64,000 bases of DNA from Amphiscolops sp. MND2022 (taxonomy: Eukaryota): NCBI GenBank assembly GCA_964187785.1, contig OZ076409.1, positions 77,006,001 to 77,070,000 of the forward strand, written 5' to 3'. Made by a program: the position numbers and the translations under genes. This document shows, one piece after another, positions 50,901 through 64,000 of this stretch (positions are counted from its first letter, which is position 1; every line of letters begins with the position of its first letter). The notes under the pieces were generated by a model. That model was not told where the DNA came from, ran no database searches, and worked only from the letters and a program-made list of their open reading frames with translations.

Positions 50901-51994
50901 TCATCCAGAGCTAAACTAGACTTGAAAATCAACAAATATTCTTACAAGTTCATCGCATTTCCATCTTCAATTTTTAAATCATTGGTTTTGGCGCTAGAAT
51001 CAGCGGAAAACATCGTTTTCCCATCCCGAATTGCGCTTTATCTTAAATTGACTTGAAATTAGTGCGTTTTTGAATGATTTGAGCTCATTTTAGTTGCTAT
51101 AGAAACCATGATGCTGCGTGCAGGCAATTGCGCCATTGTAAATTGATGACTAAACACCATTAACATATGTAGATGTACCGTGATGCGTGGCCACTTTGCG
51201 GCAGTTCACAACACCGGTCACGTGACTTACCATTTTAACACCAGCTGGTAACAGCCAATGAGAGAAGGTTGGTAAGAGATTTAGCGTCTTACCAACCGAA
51301 AAGACACGTGAACTGCTGTAATTTGGACCGCCATTAGCGATTACTCAGACCGAATTGCGACAAGTTACCATCCAGTTGAATAGTTCACGCCAGAATTCTA
51401 CTTGAAAATATATCCCCATTTCATCTTCAAAACTATAGAACTGAAACTGAGTAATTTCCTTGGTGCATTTATGATTGCGATGAAAACTGGATGAACTTTC
51501 CTAGCTACCTTACTAATTTCCTTGTTCTCACCTAACGACTTACTTGATTGTACGACTTCATCTCTAAAACACCTCAGTTCAGATTAGTGAATTTGGGATC
51601 GAATAAATACTTGAATCAGTAAAATACTTCGAACAGCATCTCAGATAATCCAGTCTTCACTCATATTTCTTTTCTCTCAGCTACATGAACCCAGACCAAG
51701 GTACCGAACTTAGAAGTGGTAGGGTTATAAATTCTTCGTCAGAAACATCTTCTCCAGCAGATCCAGACATGGCTCAGGCAAACTCAAATGATTCTGACAC
51801 CAACGACAATTCGGATATCTCTTCTCAGTTATCTGAAATAAAGGAAAGTTATGAACGCCGAATTAATGAGTTACACCAGGAGTTTAGTCAACTGAAGGAC
51901 TTAATGATGGCGATTGTAAGCAAGAATAATAACGAATCTCAGCCTTCTAGCTCAAAAGGTCCTTCAAAGCCGACCCAACAGCAAGGGTTCGACA
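47944..51994 (+). repeat. 3' LTR of element B, expanded to 4051 bp by two 909-bp insertions
   Basis: Matches the 5' LTR apart from a 22-bp deletion near 48330 and the inserted units. Confidence 0.93.
48840..50992 (+). repeat. 909-bp tandem unit: ~335 bp of LTR plus a 571-bp copy of downstream flank
   Basis: 49176-49746 and 50085-50655 match 53196-53766; the LTR segment is present three times. Confidence 0.92.
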
Positions 51995-52050
51995 GTTGGC
52001 AACCTTTTCATGATTTAGAAACGTTTAAAGTGAGTATTTACCAAACGTAG
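51685..52050 (+). CDS. LTR-encoded Gag N-terminus (103 aa) fused to flank
   Basis: Copy of the Gag start at 33003, diverging at the LTR end. Confidence 0.65.
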   Translation: MNPDQGTELRSGRVINSSSETSSPADPDMAQANSNDSDTNDNSDISSQLSEIKESYERRINELHQEFSQLKDLMMAIVSKNNNESQPSSSKGPSKPTQQQGFDSWQPFHDLETFKVSIYQT

Positions 52051-52620
52051 CTATTCTCAAGAAGGAGTAAGCTATTCAATGTGAGGAAGGTAAAGAAGTA
52101 CAAAATGTTTTTAAAGTTTGAGTTAAGGGTATCAACAAATTGCTGAGTGAGTGATTCTTTTACGATAAATGTCTTCTTTAAGGGAAACAATTTTCACTGT
52201 ACAGGAAATCTATTAACAATTTAATGGACATAGAATCATTTTCATGGATGATTTCAATAGGGGTATTAAAATCTTTTTCATGCAACTATTTCAGTAATGC
52301 CCAGAAATGTTTTCTGATTTCTGAAGCTTGAAATCCAAAACACACAAGGTTGTGAAATTATAACAAAAACTATTGTACAAACACAGGCACCTGAACTAGC
52401 AGAGATGCAATCACAAAAAAAACCATGTGCAATCATGCATTTTGTTGTTATTCGTTTTTTTCATTAAAAAAATCAGGAATTTTACTTTGGGCGGTTTTTT
52501 TTAGTCGGTGCTTCGCGATGGCTTTTATTAGAGACCGGCAAACTGACAGGTTTTACAAGTTTCTATACGCCGTTGCTTAGTAACTTGTAATTTCTACTGC
52601 CACAAAGGTTAACCCGAATT

Positions 52621-52672
52621 TTTGGAGGTTTGACAAACAGAAGGACGTGGGTTCGAGTCCTGCCCTGGACCA
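52621..52672 (+). repeat. tRNA-like 3' half (B box GGTTCGAGTCC ... ACCA), possible SINE fragment
   Basis: B-box consensus at 52650-52660; no full cloverleaf seen. Confidence 0.35.
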
Positions 52673-55600
52673 AAAATTTTCGAACTTCCAAAAGTACAGG
52701 GAAGGCCAAAAGATCCCCCTTTGGTTTTTGGGGCTATTTGACTTTTTTCGGAACTTTTTTCAACGGAAGTACCCCATTTGTATTCAAGCAGAAACAAATT
52801 GTTTTGCAAGCAAAAAGAGCCGCTTTAGGTTTTTTGGCGCTATGCAACTTTTTTTCGCAAAGTTTACATTTTTTAGATTTTCTGTTGAGAAAAACCTTTT
52901 GTCAAGTCTTAAAGGTGTCATCTTTGGTTACTATATGTCCTGTGGGATTAATGAGAGTTTTCTCAATACCTGTAGGAAGGGCCGACGGTTTATCGGCACT
53001 GTGCGAACTTTCTTCAAAAATTTTATTTGGTCAAATGATACCTTCCCTTTTAAACATTTGGCTCGTTTTGCGCACTTGAAGGGTACCGTTTTGGAATTTT
53101 TGGTATTATGAGACTTTTTCGGAGTAAAAAGTTGCTCACAGCCGGGAAATAGGTCTTGCGCATAAATATTGAGAAAATTCTCTTCAGTCCACAGGACCAA
53201 AAAAAGAAGTCACCTTAAGACTCTGAAAACAGTTTGATAAACAGAAAACCTCTAAAAACCAAAAACCGAGAAAAAATTTAAAAAGTCGTGCAGTGCCGAA
53301 AGACGTGACCCTTCAGTCTCGAAAAACGCGTTAAATAAACTGAAACCATCAAAGAGCCGAACCAGCGAACCCCTTATGAAAAGAAAAATTCGCAAAAAGC
53401 GCACCGCCAAAAAAACAGGTCTTTCTCGGAATTAATGAGAAATGACAGGACCAAAAAATGAACAATGAAATTATGCTCCGCTAGTTGCACAGTGTCAAAA
53501 AACCCTTTGTAAGGTCTCTATGCTAGCGAAAAACCTTTCTCGATTGAAAATCAAAGTGGAATATTTCTGTACTCACAGTATTCGAGTGATATCACATTGT
53601 CACTGTGCCTCTTATTACTATTTGTCTTCAGGCTACGTTGCTAAAAATATTTGATAACGAGAGAAATGTAACTTTCAAGAAATGTAACAAACGAAAGGTC
53701 ATCATGGATAAGGCATTTTCATGATGCCATGTAAACAAAACTTTTGTATACACGAACGCGATCTCGTATCAGGAAGCACCCTGGAACTGGTATTGTTCAT
53801 GTCTTTGCGAAAGCGATCAGCGAACGAGTTTCGATCAAGAATATTTTTCGTTTTCTTGAGATACGAAAAAGCTGTTTTAACCAGGTATTATTAAATTGTT
53901 TTCCTCCAGCAGTTCCTGCCGCAACTTTTGTTTAACATTCCTATAACTTAGCTTCACTTGGCCTTAGGTGATCGAGAGTTCTTCTGTGCTTATGTGTGTT
54001 CCAATTCCGCACTATACAAAATATTTTGTGCTGACAAAGGTAGATGAAAGACCGAAGCATCACCCATTTGTGATTTTCCGGCACTATGGGACTTTTTTCT
54101 GATATTTTACCGGAGCCTTTATATATCATGGTGGCGATTGTTTGCGTACGAAAAAAAAAACAATTTCAAAGTTATATGAAAGTGAGAGAAAGAAAGAAAG
54201 AAAGAGAGACATACAGAGAGAGGACATCAACAAAAAAAATCAACAAAAGGCACAGGTTCATTTGAAGCGGATATCACGCCATGTACTAGCTGCTTAAATG
54301 GGAACTGCATTTGGTTCCTTTTCCAGTTGCATTTTCAATCAACTTTTGGATACCTGTGAAGTCTTACAGGAAAATGTAAGCGCTAGTGAGTTTCAGTTCA
54401 TTGAAGTACAAAAAGAACGATGAGGATGAAACGGAAACAGGTGAAAGAAAAATTACCCATGAAAATCACTTGATTTGTACGGGAGATCCATTGATATATT
54501 GCTGTAAGTTGTTTAAAGGAAGGTAGGTTTTGGAAAGCTATTTGTCTGCTTATTAATGCACTGAAAAGAGTAGATCAGCGATTTGAACTCAATCACATGT
54601 CATTTACTGATCACGCCTTTGTTTTTCCTGAATTCATTAGGTGGCAGAAACGCCATACTGTATAGTTTGATACATTCAAACGTTTTTCAAGAATTGGGTA
54701 AAAACGATTCGATTTGTACTATACCAGTTTCGATCACGGAAAAGATTTCAAGTCAAAATTTCCCAGGAAAACAAGTGAAAGTGTATTTCTAGCTAATTCA
54801 ATAGAATTTTTTGCAACAAGGTAAAAACAAGCCGGGAACGGTATAAGTCGGCGCCATATCTAAGGCTCAAAAATAACACTTCAAAGTGTCAAGAATTCTC
54901 TTCTACAGCGCGCGAAAAAACCGAAAAATTGGACCGAACTGGCGCATTGATTCAACATCCATTCTGTTGCACAATATCAAAAAAATGAAAGGGGTATCCT
55001 TTAGTATCGCCCGGTATTGTATTATGCGCTGAAAAAAGGAACAACACTTTTGGTTAAGTTCCTTGGTCCAAATGATCCATTTTGCCACCTTAAAGATTCA
55101 TAGAACTTTGTAGAACTTTTTTGGTCAGTTCGTGTGGAGGACTTCAAAGTGTCAAGCATTCTTCTACAGTACCCGAAAAACTCAAAAGTTGAACCAAATC
55201 GGCGCGTTAAACAGTGACTATTTAGTCTCGCCCGGTACTGTATGTTACGCGGAAAAACATGCAAAACTTTTTTGTTCAGTTTGCTGGGCCCAATGGTTCA
55301 ATTTTCTAGAGAAATGCAACTCGATAAAGTGTTTGGGCGGAATTGTACTGTGGAGTTTTTCAAAAATGTAACAGCGATTCAATGTCACTTTAGAAATTTT
55401 TGGAACTATATGGATAGTAATCATACAGCCTATTACCAGTGCATAAGGAACCACAGGGGACAAAAACCTGACAGGACTGTCTTAATAGAGCAACTGACGC
55501 TATACAAGTACTACTATATACCAGGCAGCCTGTAAATTCAGAGGTATTTTTTGGGAATACTGAAAAATGTCCTGAATTTTTCTATACTCGGTCGTTCAAA

Positions 55601-55989
55601 CTACGGTCGGAAAAAAACAGGTAGTTGTTGGCAAGCTCCAATTTTTTGGCGCTGAATCGAATGCTACGATGTTTCTGTTGAAGTGTTGATATCAAAGATA
55701 CGTGCACGATGTGATTCTCTTCAACCACTCATTCAATCTTTCCGTACAAGGTCCGGTTCGGAGTTTGCAAAACTCATCTGCACTTCGCACTCAGGCTACT
55801 TTCACAGCTCCGCTATCTTGTTGTTTTTGGCAAATTAAATCTGTGGTTTACAAACTTTTTTGAGCACACTAGCTGCGGTCACTTAATCGAAATAATATGG
55901 AATTTTTACAGACGCTTCACTTCATCTATGAACAGCATCTGTTGAAGTTCAATTGGAAAGAAAAACTTTGGAAAACTCTTACGCGCTAA

Positions 55990-56630
55990 CTTAAACAAAA
56001 ACGAACAAGCCCAGAATCTATTCTTTAAAGAAAATGTTGAAATAGTTGATGGACATCATGTCCTCGGGTCGGTAATAGGATCAGAGTGTGCTTCTGAAAA
56101 ATTCAGAAACCATAAACAAAGTGAATACAATCAGATCGTAAAGAAGTTGTCGAAACACGCAAAAATTTCTCCCCAAAATGTATTTCACTGCTTCACCAAA
56201 GGTCTTCAAAACAAAGTAACTTTTCTCTCACGCACGACTCCTAATTTCATAGAAAATCTCGAAGAAACGGAAAGAAAGATCAAGGAAAACCTGATCCCAG
56301 CAATAACCGGCAGAAGTGACATCACGGACGAGGAACGTTCTCTTTTCTCCCTGCCTGTGAGGGATGGTGGACTTAACATAGTACATCCTGAAGACAGAGT
56401 AGAAGAATTGAACTGGTCCAGACAAATGGCAGCATGTTTAGACAATGACGATGACGCGGAAGCTCAACAGTCTTCAATCGTGAAACAAGTTAGAAAAGAG
56501 GAATCTGCGAAAATCAAATGAAAGATATCAATCTTGAAGAAAAAACTCGATGAAAATCAACGCTACGCACTAGATCTGTCAATCGAAAAAGGTGCATCTA
56601 GCTGGTTCAGCACGCTGCCACTCAAACGAA
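55990..56630 (+). pseudogene. Non-LTR retrotransposon RT C-terminal fragment (CRE-like)
   Basis: VLGSVIG, FLSRTTP, LFSLPVRDGGLNI and GASSWFSTLP motifs; stop at 56519. Confidence 0.7.
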
Positions 56631-57062
56631 AAGCTGACATTCTATTGAACCATGGAAAATGATCATTTGCCCAAACAATAGGAATTCTTATGAGACTATA
56701 AAGCATATGCTTGTATCTGCTGACAAGAAAGGGCTTTAATGTGTTGGAGTTTGTCTAACGACGCAAATGGCCCATCTTCTAAAATCTATTTGATTTTATT
56801 TGATACTGATACAATTTTGAGTTTCTTTTGTGAACTTTTTTCAACGTTGTTTGCTAAAGATGTTCGCTAAAAATTTTCCCGTGTGATATTTATCCCGAAA
56901 TATATAGTTTAAGACAAGCCTGGAATGGCATGAGTCGGCGCAATACCTAAGGCTCAAAAATAGCACATGGACTTCAAAGTGTCACGTATGCTCTTCTACA
57001 GTACCCGAAAAACTCAAAAGTTGAGCCAAACTGGCGCGTTAAAAGGGGGACCCTTTCGCATG

Positions 57063-60000
57063 TGTCGCATCCCCCAAGATGCGATGGTTCCGCAGTGCAA
57101 CTCTAGAAAGGAACAAGTACTGGAACTTTTTCTATAGACTCGCACAAACTCTAATAAACTCATTGTGAACATGTTTTTGTACGTTGCTACTTTCAAAAGG
57201 TCATGTGAATATCATTTCTATACTTTGCTTACCATGAAGAAACACCCATTATAGTGCTAATGTACCTTGGATTCCTGATTAAGAGCCCCTATTTTCATCA
57301 CAAATCTGATATTTCACCGCTTAATCATATGAACTATAAGTTTCTGATGCATCCAAATCAACTCCGTAATAATTTGTGCTTTAGCATAGTACTATTATGC
57401 GGTACTGTGCTGATCGAGGTGTGACGTATACTCGTCACCATACGTTTTTGGTAATACCATTATGCGGCATTATACGTTTCAAGGCGTGATGTATATGCGG
57501 CACTAGACGTCTTTTGTAGTAACATTATGCGGCATCCTGCGGATCGAATAGGAATGATTATACGTCATTATGCGGTTTTCGCAGGACTTATTGAACAACA
57601 CTAGGACGTGCTTCTAATACTATTTAGAAACCATTTTACTTGTATCTTAACGTTGTTTTAAGATATTTCCAGGGTTTTTTAGTTTCTTCCCATCAGATAC
57701 TTCCCATGATGTCATGTAAATTGTGCTCTTTTTGTAACATGACCTCATTTGACATAATTCTATTTTTATGATATTTCCATATGATGACTATAGTAAAAAT
57801 GAGTGTCATGTTTTTAAATATTTTTCGCTTTTGTAATAAATTGGAAGGATTATTGAATATTTGATCCGCATCTTGAGCAGTTGCTTTTTGAACGATTGTA
57901 AACTTCTCAATTCTCGACTACTATAAACTCTACATCTCTGTTTTCTTCCGTGATAATCAAACTAATTCAAATTCTTCCCCAAAAGCCAAAATACTTTTCA
58001 CTTGAGACGAAATGGGGAATAGACGTAACAGGAGATCTAGAAGACTAGAAACCCCTTCCCCAGAGCGAAGTATGGAAAGGGCTCAAGCTGAAACACCAAA
58101 TACAGGTAATATTACTTTAACTAATAATAATGTAGTTGTTCAAGAAAATTTAGGTGAAAATAGATTTGGAGAACAACTAGTTGAACCAAGCCAAATCAGC
58201 AACGAGATACAAGCTTGGACCGAAATATTTGAGCAGAAGAACAATGATAGAATAGAGAAAATGAGAGAAGAGATGGACAATAAATTAGAAGCGATCTTAA
58301 GGGAGATCAAAACTAACAAAAGCGTGTCAACAGTCACAAATCCGTGGTCAGAAACTAATGAAACGCAAGATCCTCAACCATCGGGATCCAGAACAATAAG
58401 GTCTATAGGAGTTCATGCATCCAACAATGAAAACTCAGAAACTGAAGACGAGGATTTTCCTCTTAGAGCTTCGAAAGCAAAAGACTTAAAACAACCCGCA
58501 AAACCTATATATGGATCAGATGTAGATGTTACAATTCATTCGGATGAAGAATCTGATGCGGAGTCGATAGAGGATTATCACATGGTGACAGGAGCCAACC
58601 GAAAACTCCATAGACAAAGCTCACAAAAATTAGACGACACAATTGGATCCCACGCAGACCATAGCTTGCCAAATTTGACAACACAACCTTTTGACCCAGT
58701 GAATCAAATTGCAATTGCCATCGAGAAATTGGCGAACAAAAACCCATCACAATCACTATTTCATCCTAAAAATACTCTCACATTCAATGGAAAAAATGAG
58801 AAAATTGAAAAATTTGAATACTTCGAAGACTTATTCCACACAACACTTCGAATGCAACCAAACCTAACAGAAGACATGAAAATTAACCATTTTCACGCCC
58901 ATCTCCGAGGTTTGGCACTAAAAACATTTAAAAACATACAAAGGACACCGACAACAACTTTAGAAGACATTCTCAAAGTTTTCCGACGAAAATATGTAAA
59001 ACCGGAGTCCAGCGCATCTGCCAAACACAGATTCAATAGACTCTTCTTCGATCCAGAAAATCAAAAACTCCCGGATTTCTTAGAAGAACTCCAAGAAAGT
59101 GCTGAAAAAGCGTTTGGGGAGAACGCCCACCACATGATAGAGAACTTACTCTACGCGAAAATGCCTCCCCATCTTAAGAAGTCCATCAATCAAGCATATC
59201 TTGAAAATGGTACTTACGACCAAATCGTTAAACACCTTGAACGAGAAATGGAACTCAACGGTCTAGAGGCTGACGAACCTCTCGTCAAAACCCAAATGAC
59301 TGTTACTAAAAAAGAACAAACTACCGAAAAAACTAACAAAAAACAAAACGACAAAGCCAAAAAACAAACTCCCAAAACAGTACCGGATAAGACCCTCAAG
59401 AATGATCAATGCCGTTACTGCAAAGAAACAGGACACATGATGACTGACTGTCCTAAATTAGCTAAACGACGCAAACTTGAGGCTGATCCGGATGCTGAAA
59501 AATGTCAGACTTGCAACACACCAGGTCATGATGAAGAAAACTGCTACTTTGGTGCCAATATGGAGAATCGCCCATCAAAATGGAACCTGACAGACGCTCA
59601 AAAGAAAGTAATTGAAGAATACAAACAAGCCAAAAAACCAATAAGACCAAAAATTGAAAGACCCCAGCAAACCTCATCGAAGTATTCAAACTAGAAACGC
59701 CACGCCTTTACACAAAAACTCCACAAAAATCAAACTCGACCGATGACTGGCAGCATCAGTTGAGCCCAAAACCCACAAAAACAACAGTTGTACACACAGA
59801 ATTGACAACACAAATCTCTCAACAAACATTAACTGACACTCAACCCGAAGAATTATATAAACTCCTCCATGATGCACCAGACAACTACTTCACCAGACTA
59901 CCGACTCACCCCGAACTTGAACCAAACACCGAAATCAACCACGATTCCCCTGTTAGAAATCATGTCACAATAAAAACTTCTTGCGATGATAAAAAACAAC

Positions 60001-63000
60001 CTCTACTAAATGAGGATCTCTCTGAACACATACAATTCGACAAAGAACGAAATTTGTCATACCTCCCAATTTCAACATCTTTGACACTGAAGCGAAAACG
60101 ACACATGTACTACATACCGATGGACTTCGAAAAACTCACACTTGATGGTCTTATTGATACTGGAGCTCTCACCAGTGCAATCTCCGAACAAGACCTCAAC
60201 AAAATCAAGTTGCTGGCAAATGAAGCAATCAAAGAAACTGGTCCCCCACCCAACTTTCAAATGATGGTGGCAAATGGACAATTGGAAGTCCCCATTGGCA
60301 CTGTCCTACTCGAATTTGAGGTCGCAGACTTCATGTTAAAAGAAAACTTCATCATTATGAAAAACTTACCAAACCCATTAATTGAATTGTGATTCCTTCG
60401 TCGAAACAATGCAATTTTTGATGTCACACAAGGCATCTTAACCTTTCCCTATCTCTCAATGCAACTCAAACCCGAAAACCAAACAGCAATACGGCAAGCA
60501 ACGCCATTGTTTGCAGAAAATACATACACCCTAAGGCCTGGCGAGACACTCGCCATAGCAAGTAAAATACCTCATTTGATGGACCATAATGCAACAGGCA
60601 TAGTCACCCCATCACAAGAATTCGACAACCATGATAGCATTTTTATTACAGCATCACTTAGCACAGTTAATAATAACGCTATCGGGTACCAAATCATCAA
60701 CTTTTCGGAATTACCATACACAATAACTATTGACACCCATTTAGCCGATTTTAAAATTCTCACCCCTGAACAAATCAAACATATTCAACCCGTAGACCCA
60801 TCAATGCTATCTTTTATGATACAACAAGAAGAAACTACGGAAATATACATCAATGAACTTCTCAAAGTACCACAACCAAATTCCGAACAAGAATCGTACT
60901 GGTTTCCTACTCCGGAAGACCCAGGCGATCCCGCAACATATACTCCAATTCAACAACGTATATACAATGAACTTCTTGAGTTGAAAGAACTTGAAAAATT
61001 GAATCCACGTGATAACGAATCATCCAAAAAAACATTCCTATCAAACTTCGACTGGTCTGATACAACAATTAGCCCAGACGAACGCCAGGAAATTGAAGAG
61101 ATTCTTGTTGAATTTCGCGACATTTTCGCCAGACATCGTTTTGATATCGGGATAAACCGTGAATTCAAAGTGAAACTAACACCAAATGATGACAGACCAG
61201 CATACAGTCAAAGTCTGCCGACCCCCATTAACCTCAAAGATGACATCACGGTAGAACTTGCGCTCCTACATAAATATGGTATAATTACAACCTTACCATT
61301 TTCCAAATATGCAAGCCCAATTTTTGCACAACGCAAACCTAATGGGCGCCTCCGACTTCTAGTCGACTTAAGGAAAATCAATAATCTTATTACTGAAGAT
61401 TACGCCAACAATAACCACCCGGTAAGCACTTTATCTGATGCAGCCCAACATATGGCAGGGAAAAAACTTTTCTGCAAATTGGATTGCTCCCAGGCTTACC
61501 ACTGCCTTCAAATGGCAGACTATCAATCCATACAGATGCTTGCTTTCAATTTTGCAAGCAGAACATTCGCTTATCGTCGCCTCGCCCAGGGTCTCAGTCG
61601 ATCCCTTTCTGCATTTTCAAGCTTCATGAGGGAATACCTGGACAGAGCAATCAAAGCTGACCAATGTGCCCAATATGTCGATGACATCGGCATTGCAGCA
61701 AACGACACAAAACAATTATGCATCAACATCAAAACTGTCTTTGAGTGTATCAGAAACGCAGGATTGAAACTCTCAATGTCAAAATGCCATTTCGGTGTTA
61801 AACAAGTCGACTTTTTGGGTCGCACTATCACACCCGACGGAGTTGCCCCTCAAGCCGACAAAGTCAAAGATTTCCTAGCAAAACTCCGATTTCCTAAATC
61901 CAAGAAGGCATTACAAAGGTATATTGGGTTCTTAAATTATTACCGGAACTATATACCACGCCTCTCAGAACGTCTGACCCCGTTTTTTAAACTCCTCAAA
62001 GAAACCTCTAAATTCTACGTACCAACAACTCTAGTAGAAGACTTCACCAACCTCAACAAACTCTTGGAAAATTCTTGTCAGTTAGCGCTAAAACAACCTC
62101 TAAAAGACAAACAACTTATCGTCATGTCCGATGCAAGCTTCACAGCAGCAGGATATGCCATCATGATAGAAGATGACCCCAACCAGAAATTACAATCCAA
62201 ACGTAAAACATACGCACCCATTGCGTTTGGATCAAAAACTTTCAACCCAACACAGACGAAAATGTCGATCTATGCAAAAGAATTTCTTTCCATATATTTT
62301 GCACTCGTCGAATTTGGACACCTCATGTGGGGGAGCACCTTCCCAATCATCGTGTTCACTGACAATCGATCAGTAACCCGGTTTTTTCAAACGAAAATGA
62401 TTCCTCCAGCGCTTTGGAATGCATGCGATTATGTATTACAATACAATTTTGTAATCGCCCTTGTAGCTGGATCGATGAACACAGCCGCCGATTTTTTATC
62501 TAGAACCGAAGTTAACCCAATAGGGAAGCTCGAAATGACAATTCGCAACGATATTCACACAAAAGCAATTGAAGTGAATATACATTCAACTGGAATTGTC
62601 GAAGAACAACAAATTTACATCCTTCCTGATGAAAAAATTGATGAAAATCAACTTTGGGAAGAAAAACAAAACACTCGCAATCAAGCACAAAACGAAACTC
62701 ACAATGACCCAGAGAACGACGTCTCTGAATTACAGCAATTTCACAAACCTACATCCGGATTGATCTCTTGCTCCTCTGGACACTTCAAGGACAATGCGAG
62801 GATACGCCTTGAACAGAACAATGACATAGTCCTTCGAAACCTGAGAGCCAAAATAGAAGGCGAACCGTTTGATGAAAATGAATTAGCTTCCGATTTCAGA
62901 TATCAACACTACTTACAAAACATAACACGAATCGAGATTAAACACGAAGTTCTCACACGAAAATACTATACAGATACAGGAATGATCTCGCATTATCAAA

Positions 63001-63976
63001 TCCTCTTACCAATCCAACTTCTTGAAGAACTACTTCAAGCCCTGCATGGCCATAACTCAAACCATCCAGGAATCACTAAGATGATTCAAGAAGCACGTCA
63101 AAAATATTACTACCCATGTATGGCTAAATACATCAAAAAATGGGTCAGTAATTGTCAGGTTTGCATTCAAACAAAACGCATTAATAATGACCTCCTTAGA
63201 ACTGAACTCCTAAACTGCCCTGAATGGGTTCTTGGTCCGGAAGACATCCTGCAAATGGATATTTTGCCAAACCTCCCCCCAAGTGGAGGTTATGATCATA
63301 TCATCACAGCAATAGATGTCTTCTCAAGATACTTGTTTGCCTATCCTGTGACCCGCATTACTGCTACGGCAGTATCAAAAGTCATCATGGATATATTATG
63401 CAAACACACTTACCTTCCAACAACTATAATCACGGATCTGGGTACTCAATTCAATGCACAAATAACCCACGAAATTGCTGCAGTACTCGGAATTGAACTC
63501 AAACATGCTACAATGAAACATGCGCAAACAATAGGTCTCCTGGAAAGAACTCATGCCTCAGTTAAAACACACCTAAAAGCCGCGACAGGCAAATTTAGGA
63601 ACAACTGGCATAAATATCTTCCTCTGGCAGTCCTTAATCACAATACTACATACCATGCATCACTCGGGTGTGAACCCTCACGAGTTTTTCATGGACGCAT
63701 ACCACACAATATCCTAGACTATAAACTTGGATATAATCCCAATCCAAGATATCAACCGCAAACCGACATAGCAGACGAAACACAAAAGCGCATGAGAATA
63801 CTTCTAGACCAAACTAAGAAGAACATCATGCAATCTTACCTTAAATACAAAGCCTACTATGACCGCAAAGCAAAGGCAGCACCGCTAGAAACGACGGACT
63901 ATTGTTACATTCTGAACCCAAAAGCAGACACACAAGCGACGAAAATCCCGTTCCGAGAATTTAGATGGTGCGGACC
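57063..63976 (+). mobile_element. Element D: long-LTR gypsy, 5' LTR + gag-pol, truncated in the integrase C-terminus
   Basis: LTR ~57063-58582 (start inferred from the TGTC hairpin shared with other families), PBS TGGTGACAGGAG at 58583-58594. Confidence 0.88.
58012..59694 (+). CDS. gag: gag of element D (intact, 560 aa)
   Basis: Core highly similar to element A Gag; knuckles CRYCKETGHMMTDC and CQTCNTPGHDEENC. Confidence 0.92.
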   Translation: MGNRRNRRSRRLETPSPERSMERAQAETPNTGNITLTNNNVVVQENLGENRFGEQLVEPSQISNEIQAWTEIFEQKNNDRIEKMREEMDNKLEAILREIKTNKSVSTVTNPWSETNETQDPQPSGSRTIRSIGVHASNNENSETEDEDFPLRASKAKDLKQPAKPIYGSDVDVTIHSDEESDAESIEDYHMVTGANRKLHRQSSQKLDDTIGSHADHSLPNLTTQPFDPVNQIAIAIEKLANKNPSQSLFHPKNTLTFNGKNEKIEKFEYFEDLFHTTLRMQPNLTEDMKINHFHAHLRGLALKTFKNIQRTPTTTLEDILKVFRRKYVKPESSASAKHRFNRLFFDPENQKLPDFLEELQESAEKAFGENAHHMIENLLYAKMPPHLKKSINQAYLENGTYDQIVKHLEREMELNGLEADEPLVKTQMTVTKKEQTTEKTNKKQNDKAKKQTPKTVPDKTLKNDQCRYCKETGHMMTDCPKLAKRRKLEADPDAEKCQTCNTPGHDEENCYFGANMENRPSKWNLTDAQKKVIEEYKQAKKPIRPKIERPQQTSSKYSN

Positions 63977-63986
63977 GCAAACATAA
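59760..63986 (+). pseudogene. pol: pol of element D (stop at 60390, truncated after WCGP)
   Basis: LIDTGA, YVDD, SDAS, HPG..CQVC, integrase core. Confidence 0.95.
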
Positions 63987-64000
63987 TCCGCAAAAAATCC

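Larger units (their letters stand above)
31058..51994 (+). mobile_element. Element B: complete 20.9-kb Ty3/gypsy LTR retrotransposon
   Basis: Near-identical LTRs, TSD GTTGG (31053-31057, 51995-51999), PBS, gag-pol. Confidence 0.97.

Noticed and set aside
52621..52672. Functional tRNA gene
   Set aside because: Only a B box and a weak T stem; no acceptor or D-arm pairing found.

Overview
Eukaryotic (animal-like, GT-AG introns) repeat-dense window built almost entirely from Ty3/gypsy LTR retrotransposons. Five related families with very long LTRs (1.5-2.5 kb) are present: the 3' end of element 0 (1-4169, +), complete element A (5534-21684, -, TSD CGTAA), solo LTR C (27891-30375, -, TSD CTTTC), complete element B (31058-51994, +, TSD GTTGG) and 3'-truncated element D (57063-~63976, +). 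There is also an unrelated short-LTR gypsy (E), a non-LTR fragment, dispersed repeats and one probable host exon. The long-LTR families share an unusual architecture. Gag starts 100-195 codons inside the LTR and reads in frame through the PBS. A spliced, antisense zinc-finger gene with hAT-transposase-like features lies between pol and the 3' LTR in elements 0, A and B. A second accessory ORF with a SUMO-interacting-like motif overlaps the 3' LTR in elements 0 and A. Non-coding regions carry family-specific arrays of bipartite motifs (for example CATC-N7-CATC at exact 60-bp spacing in B, and GACG-N7-GACG in C). I infer a retrotransposon-encoded DNA-binding protein plus cognate-site system, possibly anti-silencing. 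All homology calls are by eye; no database search was run.
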